Notes under the pieces: model-generated
The model's database searches: none
Told to the model about the DNA's origin: nothing
Seen by the model: the letters and a program-made list of their open reading frames with translations, nothing else
Translations under genes and position numbers: made by a program
Shown here: piece after piece, positions 30,125 to 39,739 of the stretch
Numbering within the stretch: the first letter of the stretch is position 1
How the letters are laid out: each line of letters begins with the position of its first letter
Assembly (NCBI GenBank): GCA_016186705.1
Contig: JACPLB010000002.1
Location: 20,811-84,810 of the forward strand
Reading direction: 5' to 3'
Length of the DNA: 64,000 nucleotides
Source of the DNA: Candidatus Kaiserbacteria bacterium
GTDB taxonomy: Bacteria > Patescibacteriota > Minisyncoccia > Phycocordibacterales > JABMNX01

Positions 30125-30568
30125 TTAGCAGGTGGTTGTTATGGACTTGGCACTGAACTGGCGGGATAGTAGAACGATTCCACCAATCGTAGTGCCAATG
30201 CCCAGCGGCAATGCTGTGGCAAGGACCGGGAGAAATTTCATACCCTGTTCCTCCCATTCGTCTCTGGCACAGAGAACCGCAACCACAGCGAATGCGAACC
30301 CGATGAGGACCGGGGCAAGCCCCGCGGCCAGAATTTCCAGGGTGATGATTCTGCCGACTCGGAGCCAGCGTGCGGACAAGGCGTCATTGTAGACTTTGTC
30401 CATGATCATATTGATTGGCATGCTGGCAACTCCTGCCCCTGTCGTAACGATCATTGTGACAGACAGAGATGTCTCGATGCTGCCGCCCAAGACGTACACT
30501 GCGGTACCGAGGCACAATTGCGCCACGAAAACCACGGTTGAACATATCCAGAGTTTGATCATTTCCAC
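30125..30568 (-). CDS. Orphan membrane protein (~4 TM)
   Basis: AGGAG before GTG start; TTGACT-17-TAACAT promoter; hairpin at ~30078-30102. Confidence 0.65.
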   Translation of the reverse strand: MEMIKLWICSTVVFVAQLCLGTAVYVLGGSIETSLSVTMIVTTGAGVASMPINMIMDKVYNDALSARWLRVGRIITLEILAAGLAPVLIGFAFAVVAVLCARDEWEEQGMKFLPVLATALPLGIGTTIGGIVLLSRQFSAKSITTTC

Positions 30569-30700
30569 CTCCTGCGGAAAAGCGTTACACCTGTAGTAAT
30601 GTTAACATAGAACTTAGAGAAAGTCAAGGTTTCGGCTAATCTTCCGAGGTCGCACCATCGCCCTCGGTTTCAAGGTTGGTCCGATACAAAAAACTTCGTG

Positions 30701-30785
30701 CGGAGGCGGTGAGATTCGAACTCACGATACCTTTCGGTATGCCGCCTTTCCAAGGCGGTGGAATAAACCACTATCCGACGCCTCC
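30701..30785 (-). tRNA. tRNA-Ser(GGA)
   Basis: Anticodon arm CCGCC-TTGGAAA-GGCGG; long variable arm. Confidence 0.95.
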
Positions 30786-30864
30786 ATAGAGCATAGTTAT
30801 AACATAAAATATAAAAAGAGAACGGCTCGCCCAAAAGGAGGGCGAGCCGCGAACCGTATTTTGA

Positions 30865-31542
30865 TTAGTCCCTTCGACGATCACCGCCACTCGTAAAGCG
30901 ACGTTGTTCTCCGAAGCCCCGTAAAGCAAGGATAGAGCAATTCCGACCGTCTCCTTTTGCTTTGTACAGAGCTCTGTCCGCGTATTCACGGAGCGACTTG
31001 AGATTGAATCCGAAATCGTCAACGAGGGCGATGCCGACGCTGACTGTGACGGAAATGATGTTCCTATCGGTGTCGTCCCCGACATAGATCGGTTTATTCT
31101 CGACTGCTTCGCGGATGCGTTCGGCCGTTACTTGCGCCGTCTTCTTACCGATACGGGGAAGAAATACGACAAATTCCTCGCCGCCGTACCGAGCAAAGAG
31201 ATCGCCGACGCGGAGCGACGAGCGCAACACTTGCGCGAACGAATGAAGTACCTTGTCGCCGGCGTCGTGCCCATACGTATCATTGACCTTTTTAAAGAGG
31301 TCGATGTCGATCATGAGAAACGCGCCGTGCTCTTCACCCTCGTTTTTTGTTTTCTCCCTGAAAGCACGGAGCAGATGTTCTTGCACCTGTCCTTCAAAGA
31401 ACCGACGGTTTGAAATTCCCGTTAGCTCATCAATGGTTGCCAGCTTTCGTATCCTAAGCGCGAAGGCGAGCAACTCTTCACGGGAAAATTTCTGAAGTTC
31501 CCTCTCGGTTACTTCTCTGACGTCCAAAGTGTGCTGTGGCAT
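30865..31542 (-). CDS. GGDEF-domain diguanylate cyclase
   Basis: DELTG..NRR, DIDLFKKVNDTYGHDAGD, RVGD I-site, RYGGEEF, ADRALYKAK. Confidence 0.95.
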   Translation of the reverse strand: MPQHTLDVREVTERELQKFSREELLAFALRIRKLATIDELTGISNRRFFEGQVQEHLLRAFREKTKNEGEEHGAFLMIDIDLFKKVNDTYGHDAGDKVLHSFAQVLRSSLRVGDLFARYGGEEFVVFLPRIGKKTAQVTAERIREAVENKPIYVGDDTDRNIISVTVSVGIALVDDFGFNLKSLREYADRALYKAKGDGRNCSILALRGFGEQRRFTSGGDRRRD

Positions 31543-31664
31543 GGCGTTTTTTCCTTTCCTGCCATTGAATTTATCTATTATTGGTTATACTATAAAAATA
31601 TCGGGGTGTCAACAAACACAAAGGCGGTCGCGTACGCGACCGCCTTATTCTTCGAGACATACCT

Positions 31665-31904
31665 TTAAAAAAGGCCTCCTTTGTGTTTTCGGTTCCTTGA
31701 TGGAGTGCCGTAACCTAGTTCTCCGCCGGAATGCGCGGGACAACAAAGCATGTCCCCTTTCATAACCTGCGCAGATTGGTTGCCTCGAGATTTTTCGCGG
31801 GCACGAGTGAGTTTGTCCGGCGATATATCACGCCCGATGCCCCGCTTAGAACCCCCGTTTACTTTACGAATAAATCCGCCCTTGCGGTTGACGACTTCGG
31901 TCAT
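31665..31904 (-). CDS. Small basic orphan protein (79 aa)
   Basis: GGGGG before ATG 31904; TTGACA-17-TATGAT promoter upstream; hairpin at 31621-31646. Confidence 0.5.
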   Translation of the reverse strand: MTEVVNRKGGFIRKVNGGSKRGIGRDISPDKLTRAREKSRGNQSAQVMKGDMLCCPAHSGGELGYGTPSRNRKHKGGLF

Positions 31905-31994
31905 TAGTTTCCCCCGTTTACCTTGAGTGAAGGACAAAAAAACAGAAACCTAAAGTATATCATACCACCTTTAGTAGCGTATGTCAATTAGTTA

Positions 31995-32885
31995 TTACTG
32001 CTGACGCAATGCGGCTACTCTCTCCTCTGTTGGCGGATGTGTCATGAAAAGCTTGTTGAGAAACTTTCCTTTTGTCGCGCTCCCGAACGGGTTTGAAATA
32101 AAGAGGTGCGCCGTTGCGTGGTTCGCCCGTTTCATCGGAGCGGCGTACCTGCTGATTTTCTCAAGCGCGGATGCGAGCCCTTCGGGATAACGCGTCAGGA
32201 GCGCGCCTGACGCGTCCGCGAGAAACTCGCGCTTCCGCGATATCGCAAGCTGAATGAGTTTTGCGATAATCGGAGAGAGAATCGCAAGCGCAAATCCGGC
32301 AACGATGAGGATAATACCGACGCGGCTGTCGCGGTCTCTGTGTCCGCCATACAGGGACATTCGGAGAAAGAAGTCCGAGAGAAGTGTAATGAAGCCGAGA
32401 AGCACAACGACAACGGTCATCACAAGCATGTCGCGGTTGCCGATATGAGAGAGCTCGTGCGCGATGACTCCTTCAAGCTCGTTTCGCTCAAGCATTGAGA
32501 GAAGCCCTGTCGTTACGGCGACGACCGCGTGTTCCGGGTCGCGTCCGGTTGCAAACGCGTTCGGCGCGCTATCCTCTATGATGTAGAGCTTCGGCATCGG
32601 GAGCCCCGCTGTAATAGAAAGATTTTCAAGAATGTTCCACAGTTCCCGGTGCGAGTCGCGAGAAACAGGTTTTGCCCCCGACATTTTAAGCACGAGTTTG
32701 TCCGAGTACCAGTACGCGCCGACATTCATGAGAACACTTATGATGACTGCGACCCAAAGGATAACGGGACTTTCAAGAATGTAGGAGAAGGACCACGCAA
32801 CGCCGACAATAACCAGGAAGAATGTGAGCATCAGAAACCACGTCTTTCGAATATTCTTATCTTTCTGTGTGTAGATTGTCGCCAT
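31995..32885 (-). CDS. htpX: Zinc metalloprotease HtpX (M48)
   Basis: PNAFATG, HELSH, SRKREFLAD, THPP. Confidence 0.95.
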   Translation of the reverse strand: MATIYTQKDKNIRKTWFLMLTFFLVIVGVAWSFSYILESPVILWVAVIISVLMNVGAYWYSDKLVLKMSGAKPVSRDSHRELWNILENLSITAGLPMPKLYIIEDSAPNAFATGRDPEHAVVAVTTGLLSMLERNELEGVIAHELSHIGNRDMLVMTVVVVLLGFITLLSDFFLRMSLYGGHRDRDSRVGIILIVAGFALAILSPIIAKLIQLAISRKREFLADASGALLTRYPEGLASALEKISRYAAPMKRANHATAHLFISNPFGSATKGKFLNKLFMTHPPTEERVAALRQQ

Positions 32886-32894
32886 AGCGCAGAT

Positions 32895-33404
32895 TTATGA
32901 AAACAGCTCTATCGTTCTTTTAACTTCTTCTTTCACTCCGTCAATACAATTGTACTTTTGTACTTCGTCCGCATTCACCCACGCAAAATCGGTGAAGCTT
33001 CCTTTCTCCGGACGCACTTCGCCGCCTTTGTACTCCGCGGCAAACTTAACGAGGACTACCGGTACGCCGTCGGGCCGGACAAACGCGACACTGTTAAGAT
33101 AGAGAAGAACATCTTTAATCTCAATATTCGCCTCTTCTTTTGCTTCACGATGCAGTATGCCCTCAACCGCATCTTCAAAATCAAATATGTCTCCGTTCAT
33201 ACGCGTCGGTCGCTCAAGCGGTAAGTTATTCCACTCGAGTTTTCCTCCGATGACTCCCCACTTGCCGGGATGCGCGATTTCGCGTAGGGCGCGCTTCAGG
33301 ATAAGGCATCGTGCATCGTCCGTGCGGAGCACAACGACGTTTGCCACGAAGTAAAAGAGTTTGTTTTGTTTCGCCTTATCAAGAGAGATGCTGTGTGCCC
33401 GCAT
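32895..33404 (-). CDS. NUDIX hydrolase
   Basis: PGKWGVIGGKLE...REAKEEANI (Nudix box with an insertion). Confidence 0.85.
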   Translation of the reverse strand: MRAHSISLDKAKQNKLFYFVANVVVLRTDDARCLILKRALREIAHPGKWGVIGGKLEWNNLPLERPTRMNGDIFDFEDAVEGILHREAKEEANIEIKDVLLYLNSVAFVRPDGVPVVLVKFAAEYKGGEVRPEKGSFTDFAWVNADEVQKYNCIDGVKEEVKRTIELFS

Positions 33405-33414
33405 GAAAAAGAGT

Positions 33415-33921
33415 TTACGAGAAGAGCTTGATAGTCTTCAGTACATCCATGTCTATATCCTCAATGTGGTCGTATTTCTTTATCTCTTCTTCGTTCACCC
33501 ACGCAAAATCGGTAAACCCCGCTTTCGGTTTTACTTCGCCTCCCAGATATCGGGCCCCGAACCGCACCAAGACCGACGGAGTGCCATCCGGACGCACGAA
33601 AAAGACGCTCTCAAGATACTGCGGACGGCTTCCGACTTCAATCCCCGCTTTTTCTTTCACAATAACGGCAACCTGTTTTTCAAGCGGACGGTTGAAGTTA
33701 AGGATTCCATTACTCTTCATATCCGGCTTTGATAGATTGAAGTCATCCCACGCGAGTTTGCCTCCCGGAAGCGCCCACTTGCCGGGATACACATCGTCTT
33801 TCATGTCGCGCTTCAGAATGAGGCACCTCCGGTCGCTCTCCCGATAGACGACAATGGTAGTGACAAAGTAGAAAAGCTTGTCCTTCTCGGCGTTATCAAG
33901 ACTAATCCGCTTCCTCGCCAT
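33415..33921 (-). CDS. NUDIX-fold paralog with degenerate catalytic box
   Basis: Collinear with 32895-33404, but REAKEE is replaced by VIVKEK. Confidence 0.8.
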   Translation of the reverse strand: MARKRISLDNAEKDKLFYFVTTIVVYRESDRRCLILKRDMKDDVYPGKWALPGGKLAWDDFNLSKPDMKSNGILNFNRPLEKQVAVIVKEKAGIEVGSRPQYLESVFFVRPDGTPSVLVRFGARYLGGEVKPKAGFTDFAWVNEEEIKKYDHIEDIDMDVLKTIKLFS

Positions 33922-33925
33922 GGGG

Positions 33926-34486
33926 CTAGAACGTTACCTTAACAGGTTCTTTCGCGGCATTCTCGCCTTCTCCCAGTTCGAAGAACTCCTGTTTGCCGAA
34001 GTGAAATGTATTTCCGATGATATTCTGGGGAAACGATTCCAGAGCGGTGTTGAGGTCCCGCACATTGCCGTTGTAAAAGCGCCGCGCTGCCTGAATTTTG
34101 TTTTCGGTGTCGGAGAGTTCCCGTTGAAGCTCAAGAAAGTTCGCGTTTGCCTTAAGGTCGGGGTAACTCTCCGCAACCGCGAAGAGCGACTTGAGCGCGT
34201 CTGTAAGCATGTTCTCCGCCCGCCCTTTTTCGTTAAGCCCGCCCGCCTGCATTGCCTTTGCCCGCATCTCGGTCACTTGCGCAAGTGTCTTCTTTTCATG
34301 AGCCGCGTATCCCTGTACGGTATTCACCAAATTCGGAATGAGGTCGTAACGGCGTTTCAGCTGAACGTCAATGTCCGCCCACGCCTCCTTCGCGCGGTTC
34401 ATAAACGTTACAAACCGATTGTAGGCAAAAATCGCCCACAGTACGATAACCACGATAATTCCTAAGACAATATAGAGGGTAGTCAT
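33926..34486 (-). CDS. lemA: LemA family protein
   Basis: IDVQLKRRYDLIPNLV, ESYPDLKAN, ARRFYN. Confidence 0.96.
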   Translation of the reverse strand: MTTLYIVLGIIVVIVLWAIFAYNRFVTFMNRAKEAWADIDVQLKRRYDLIPNLVNTVQGYAAHEKKTLAQVTEMRAKAMQAGGLNEKGRAENMLTDALKSLFAVAESYPDLKANANFLELQRELSDTENKIQAARRFYNGNVRDLNTALESFPQNIIGNTFHFGKQEFFELGEGENAAKEPVKVTF

Positions 34487-34652
34487 AATGTAGCTTTTAG
34501 GTGTTAGCTTTTAGGGTTAAAATTTACCAAGCAATTATACAACAATCGGGCAAAATAAAAAAGCTTTGTTTAATAGATGACCGATAAAAACGAGTGTGTC
34601 TCTTTTTGAAAGCTATCGGAGGCGGCAGAGCTTGGTTTCATTCTTTCCTTTT

Positions 34653-34832
34653 TAGCGAGAGAAAACAGGTTTCTGGAACATTCACAGGAAAATTGTGTAT
34701 ATTTCTTTTTCTATTCAAGCGAGTCTTCTGCTTGAGGAAGACTTTCCGCCGGAGGGGCGGATAAACTCCACCTGAGCGGGCATGGCATCCAAGGACTTCC
34801 AGTATATTGGAAGTCCTTGGATGAGCGAGGTG
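34653..34832. repeat. Structured intergenic element, partial/composite copy C
   Basis: 34653-34694 resembles the 5' part of copy B; 34773-34829 matches the copy A core at 51/57 nt with compensatory changes. Confidence 0.75.
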
Positions 34833-34834
34833 CC

Positions 34835-34863
34835 TTGACAAAAGTTATAATATGGTATATAAT
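34835..34863 (+). promoter_or_regulatory. Consensus sigma70 promoter
   Basis: TTGACA-17 nt-TATAAT. Confidence 0.8.
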
Positions 34864-34916
34864 TAACAACAGGATTCAGATGATGTCATCTGGAATGGTT
34901 CAGAGGAAGTTTCACC

Positions 34917-35171
34917 ATGACTACATCGCAAACGCAAACCCAAATCAACGTGAGGACACTCTTCTTTGCGTGTGCCTTCGCTGGGCTCTTCGTTGTTTCG
35001 GCCTTGATCCCGGTTTTCTCAAGTCCGATCTTCAGCTACCTGGTCCTGGCACTCGATATGAACGTCCTGCTCGCGTACCTCCTGTCGAACTTCATCGTTG
35101 CCACGATCGCCTTCGTCGCCTTTCTCTTCTACATGCGGAAGATGACGCAACGAAAGCCGACCGGGGGCTAA
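34917..35171 (+). CDS. Orphan small membrane protein (2 TM)
   Basis: GAGGA upstream, consensus promoter, terminator hairpin at ~35185-35218. Confidence 0.7.
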   Translation: MTTSQTQTQINVRTLFFACAFAGLFVVSALIPVFSSPIFSYLVLALDMNVLLAYLLSNFIVATIAFVAFLFYMRKMTQRKPTGG

Positions 35172-35325
35172 CAAGGTCCGACGCACCCCGCCACTCTCTC
35201 TTTTGAGTGGCGGGGTTTAAGTTTTATCTACACGAATACTCAAGTGCTTTTATGCCTGAGAGCGTCCCGTCGAGGAGAAACTGAAGCATCGCGCCGCCGC
35301 GCTTTTCTTTTTAATTTTTCCACTT

Positions 35326-35464
35326 AAGCGAGCAAATATAAGTTTATAGAACATTCGCAGGAAAATTTGCATGGTTCTGCGCAAGCAGAAAATTTTCCGA
35401 GGACGAAGAAAATCACTCGCTGGAGTGATTTTCTGATTCTATAAACTTATATTTCACGAGCGAC
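35326..35464. repeat. Structured intergenic element, copy B
   Basis: 18-bp terminal inverted repeat (35334-35351/35437-35454), two internal arms, same loop motifs as copy A. Confidence 0.8.
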
Positions 35465-35467
35465 CCA

Positions 35468-37129
35468 TTACATCATCCCCGGCATCCCGCCTCCCATGCC
35501 GCCCATTGGAGGCATGCCGCCGCCTTTCTCTTCCTCTGGCTCGTCCGCGATCGCGACCTCCGTTGTAAGGAGCATTGCCGCAGCTGACGACGCATTCTGG
35601 AGACAGCTTCGTGTTACCTTGACCGGGTCGAGAATTCCAGCAGAGAGCATGTCGTCAACAATCATGTCTTGTTTCGCGTCATACCCGCAGTTTACTTTTC
35701 CGCTCTTTACTTTCTCGACAATGACGGAGCCGTCTTCCTTACCGGCATTGATGACGATTTGCTTCAATGGCGTCTCAAGCGCGCGAAGCACTATCTCAAA
35801 GCCGACGGCTTCTTCCTGGCTCATGTTGCCTTTATTCTTTTCAAATTGGTTGCGTACTTTTTGCGCGACTTTCACGAGCGCCGTCCCGCCACCCGGAACA
35901 ACGCCTTCTTCTACCGCCGCTTTCGTCGCATTGACCGCGTCTTCAATCTTAAGCTTGAGATACTTCATTTCAGTTTCAGTCGCCGCTCCGACACGAATAA
36001 TCGCAACTCCGCCGGAGAGTTTCGCGATTCGCTCCTCTATTTTCTCCGCGTCAAATTTCGAGTCAATCCCCTCAAGCTGTTTTCGCAACTGCGCGACACG
36101 TGCTTCAATGTCCGCCTTTTTCCCTTTCCCTCCGACAATAACGGTTTTGTCCTTGTTTGAAACGACACGGCTTGCTTTGCCGAGCATACCAAGTTCAGCT
36201 TTTTCGAAAGTAAGTCCCCGTTCCTCTGAAATGACTTCTCCGCCGACAACCGTCGCGATATCTTCAAGCATCGCTTTCTTTCGGTCGCCATACCCCGGAG
36301 CTTTCACAGCCAAAACATTAAACGCTCCGCGAAGTTTATTAACGACAAACGTTGCGAGTGCTTCTCCATCCACGTCATCCGCGATAATTACCAAATCTTT
36401 TCTGCCCGTCTGCGCGAGTTTTTCAAGAAGCGGAAGAACTTCCTGCACCGACGAAATTTTCTTGTCGGTAATGAGAATTTGAATGTCCTTGTATTCTGCC
36501 TCCATTCTTTCAGAATTTGTGACCATGTACGCGGAAACGTAGCCGTTGTCGAACTCAAGACCCTCAACCACTTCCTTTTCAATGCCAAGCGACTGCGATT
36601 CCTCAACGGTTACGACACCGTCTTTGCCGACTGCATTAATGGTGTCCGCGATAATTCTTCCGATATCGTCCGACTCCGCGGAAATTGTGGCGACCTGTTT
36701 TATTTCTTCCTTTCCCTGGATCGGTTTTGCGATTTTATAGAGCGCCGCCACAGCTTCTTTCGTCGCCTGCTCAATGCCGGAGCGGATACCCATGGCATTT
36801 ACTCCCATCGTTGCCTGCTTGAAACCTTCGTTCGCGATTGCCTGCGCAATAACGACTGATGTTGTTGTTCCGTCACCGGCAATTTCATTTGTTTTGTGGG
36901 CAACCTCTTTGATAATCTCGGCGCCCATGTTTTCAATTTTGTCCTTGAGACTTATTTCTTTCGCGATAGACACGCCGTCATTTGTAATCATCGGCGCTCC
37001 GAACCCCTTGTCCACAACCACGTTGCGTCCCCGAGGGCCGAGCGTTATTTTGACCGCATCCGCGACCTGGTCAATGCCTCTTTTCAGAAGGCGGCGAGCT
37101 TGTTCATCAAAAATAATCTGTTTTGCCAT
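35468..37129 (-). CDS. groL: Chaperonin GroEL
   Basis: [18 protein letters not shown] tail. Confidence 0.99.
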   Translation of the reverse strand: MAKQIIFDEQARRLLKRGIDQVADAVKITLGPRGRNVVVDKGFGAPMITNDGVSIAKEISLKDKIENMGAEIIKEVAHKTNEIAGDGTTTSVVIAQAIANEGFKQATMGVNAMGIRSGIEQATKEAVAALYKIAKPIQGKEEIKQVATISAESDDIGRIIADTINAVGKDGVVTVEESQSLGIEKEVVEGLEFDNGYVSAYMVTNSERMEAEYKDIQILITDKKISSVQEVLPLLEKLAQTGRKDLVIIADDVDGEALATFVVNKLRGAFNVLAVKAPGYGDRKKAMLEDIATVVGGEVISEERGLTFEKAELGMLGKASRVVSNKDKTVIVGGKGKKADIEARVAQLRKQLEGIDSKFDAEKIEERIAKLSGGVAIIRVGAATETEMKYLKLKIEDAVNATKAAVEEGVVPGGGTALVKVAQKVRNQFEKNKGNMSQEEAVGFEIVLRALETPLKQIVINAGKEDGSVIVEKVKSGKVNCGYDAKQDMIVDDMLSAGILDPVKVTRSCLQNASSAAAMLLTTEVAIADEPEEEKGGGMPPMGGMGGGMPGMM

Positions 37130-37196
37130 ATTGTTTTAATTTTAAATCTTGTAGATTTGAGACATTCCCTAAAAGCTCAAAGCTAACACCTAAAAG

Positions 37197-37511
37197 CTAT
37201 TTTATTACTGCTAAAATATTCTCTTCTTTTACGATGTAATACTTTACTTCGTCAACCGTAATCTCGTCGTATCCGTATTTCGAAAAGACGACCCGGTCAT
37301 TGACTTTCACTCTTACCGGAATCACTTCTCCCTTTTCGGTCACCCGACCGAGACCGACGGCAATGACTTTCCCCTCCTCCGGCTTTTCCTGACTCACGGT
37401 ATCCGGAATAATAATTCCACTTTTTGTTTTCTGCTCACGGGGCGGAATTTCAATCAATACCCTGTCCCCTAACGGGGAAATTCTCGGTTTTTTTGCTGAA
37501 CCTTTTGGCAT
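37197..37511 (-). CDS. groS: Co-chaperonin GroES
   Basis: PLGDRVLI, TKSGIIIPD. Confidence 0.98.
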   Translation of the reverse strand: MPKGSAKKPRISPLGDRVLIEIPPREQKTKSGIIIPDTVSQEKPEEGKVIAVGLGRVTEKGEVIPVRVKVNDRVVFSKYGYDEITVDEVKYYIVKEENILAVIK

Positions 37512-37643
37512 ACTATAGTGCGTAACTTTTACTGCTAATGTAAAAAATCCAAGTCGCCAATCATTATACTGGCGAGCGTTCCGTTGTCAAATCCTTCGCG
37601 GAAACTTGCGCGCCATTATAACTACTGGTATACTGTCCCGTAA

Positions 37644-37877
37644 ATGGAAACACTTGATGCGATAATGCCCTACATTCAAATCGCACTCTCCATCTTACTT
37701 GTCCTCGCTATCGTCCTACAACAGACGGGTGCGGGACTTGGTGGCGCATTTGGCGGAGATAATTTCAGCAGCGGATTTCACACGCGGAGGGGATTTGAAA
37801 AGACTTTATTCAACATTACAATCGTCATTGCGATTCTTTTTGCAGCTTCGGCATTCTTTATTCTTGCTATCCGTTAA
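37644..37877 (+). CDS. secG: Preprotein translocase subunit SecG
   Basis: Two TM helices with LQQ..AGLGGAFGG linker. Confidence 0.92.
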   Translation: METLDAIMPYIQIALSILLVLAIVLQQTGAGLGGAFGGDNFSSGFHTRRGFEKTLFNITIVIAILFAASAFFILAIR

Positions 37878-37962
37878 CAATTCTTCATTTACCATACAAA
37901 CGTGCATTAGGCGGCGAATTTTTCGAATACATATCATGCCGCATCTGTAAAGATTCTCCCTT

Positions 37963-39711
37963 GTGAAAGATTTTCTGAAACATCTCATATCCGTTATCAA
38001 TGCGCGCCTTGATGCGCCGTTTGTCGTTGGCATCAAACGGGTTCTCTCTTCGCTCTCGCGCTTCGAGACAGTTGTACTATGGACGCTTGTCGGAATGCTT
38101 ATCCTAAGCGGTTTAAACCTCCTTTCTAAAGCAAATGGCTTGATTCTTGTTGAAGCAAAAGCACGGGGAGGGAGTTTTACCGAGGGAATCGTCGGGTCGC
38201 CTCGATTTATCAATCCCGTACTTGCACTCTCCGACGCCGACCGAGATCTTGCGTCTCTCGTGTATTCGGGACTTATGAAGGCAACGCCGGAAGGAGAGGT
38301 CGTTGAGGACGCGGCCCTTAATTACAGTATTTCTCCGGACGGGCTTTCATACGAATTCACCATCAGGGAAGACGCCTTGTTCCATGACGGCGAGCCAGTG
38401 ACTGCGGATGACGTGATATTTACCATTAATAAAACACTCGACCCTGCCATTAAAAGCGCGCAAAGAGCGAACTGGGACGGCGTCAAAGTGGAAAAGGTTG
38501 ATGAACATACCGTGCGGTTCGTGCTCCAGCGCCCATACGCGCCGTTTTTGCAGAATACGACAATGGGAATTCTGCCAAAGCATCTCTGGCAAGGTATTGA
38601 TTCGGGACAATTCCCTTTCAGCGAAATGAACGTGTCCCCTGTCGGCTCCGGACCGTATAAAGTCAAGACAGTCAAGAAAGACTCCACTGGCATCCCCGAA
38701 GTGTATATACTCGCGTCATTTAACGATTACGCACTCGGGAAACCGTACATAAAAAAAATTACTCTTCGCTTTTACTCCAATGAAACAGACCTTATGAGAG
38801 CATTCAAGAAAGGCGCGGTGGACGCAATAAGCGGCATCTCTCCCGAAAGCATCGGCACGCTCGGGGCACAGCGAATAGAGAGAAGCCCGCTCCCTCGTAT
38901 CTTTGGGGTATTTTTTAACCAAAACAGTGCTCAGATATTTTCACACAAAGAAGTGAGGGCGGCGCTTAACGCCGCGATTGATAAAAATATGATTGTCGAT
39001 CAAGTCCTCTCGGGATACGGCACCTCAATAGACAGTCCGATACCGCCCGGGAGCATTGACCGGCCGCATGCGACAACATCTCCCGAGGAGACGCGAGGAG
39101 GCGTCGAGGAAGCGAGAAATATACTTGGAAGAAGCGGCTGGACGTTTAATGAAGAAGAAGGCGTGTGGACATCACGCACCAAAGAAGAATTACGCTTCTC
39201 CCTTTCAACGTCAAATGTTCCGGAACTCAAAGCGGTTGCGAACATGCTGAAAGAAATGTGGGAAAAAGTCGGAGCACAAGTGGACATAAAGGTGTTTGAA
39301 GCAGGCAATCTAAACCAAAACGTCATCCGACCGCGGGAGTATGACGCGCTTCTTTTCGGCGAAGTAATCGGGCGCGAACTTGACCTGTTCGCATTTTGGC
39401 ATTCTTCTCAGCGAAACGACCCGGGGCTCAATATAGCGCTCTACGCGAATATCACCGCGGACGCGCTTCTGGAGAAAGGGCGCACAGAGCTCGATGCCGC
39501 TTTACGCGAGACGGTATATCTTAACTTTGAAAAAGAAATCAAAAAGGACGTGCCGGCGGTGTTTCTCTATTCCCCTGATTTCATTTACATACTGCCGGAA
39601 TACGTGCGTGGAGTACTTCTCACCTCCGTTACCACTTCGAAGGACAGGTTTCTCAACGTTCATGAATGGTATATACGAGCGGACAAGGTATGGGGTATTT
39701 TTTCGAAATAA
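37963..39711 (+). CDS. Peptide ABC transporter substrate-binding protein (family 5)
   Basis: FHDGEPVTADDVIFT, PVGSGPY, VRAALNAAID. Confidence 0.9.
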   Translation: MKDFLKHLISVINARLDAPFVVGIKRVLSSLSRFETVVLWTLVGMLILSGLNLLSKANGLILVEAKARGGSFTEGIVGSPRFINPVLALSDADRDLASLVYSGLMKATPEGEVVEDAALNYSISPDGLSYEFTIREDALFHDGEPVTADDVIFTINKTLDPAIKSAQRANWDGVKVEKVDEHTVRFVLQRPYAPFLQNTTMGILPKHLWQGIDSGQFPFSEMNVSPVGSGPYKVKTVKKDSTGIPEVYILASFNDYALGKPYIKKITLRFYSNETDLMRAFKKGAVDAISGISPESIGTLGAQRIERSPLPRIFGVFFNQNSAQIFSHKEVRAALNAAIDKNMIVDQVLSGYGTSIDSPIPPGSIDRPHATTSPEETRGGVEEARNILGRSGWTFNEEEGVWTSRTKEELRFSLSTSNVPELKAVANMLKEMWEKVGAQVDIKVFEAGNLNQNVIRPREYDALLFGEVIGRELDLFAFWHSSQRNDPGLNIALYANITADALLEKGRTELDAALRETVYLNFEKEIKKDVPAVFLYSPDFIYILPEYVRGVLLTSVTTSKDRFLNVHEWYIRADKVWGIFSK

Positions 39712-39739
39712 AGAATTTTAAAAACCCTAATATATAACA

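Noticed and set aside
35496-36482. Long antisense ORFs (also 40523-41614, 2900-3538 and others)
   Set aside because: Shadow frames of conserved genes such as groEL, rnj and ftsZ
37512-37560. CIRCE-like TTAGCAGT upstream of groES
   Set aside because: Second half of the inverted repeat is missing
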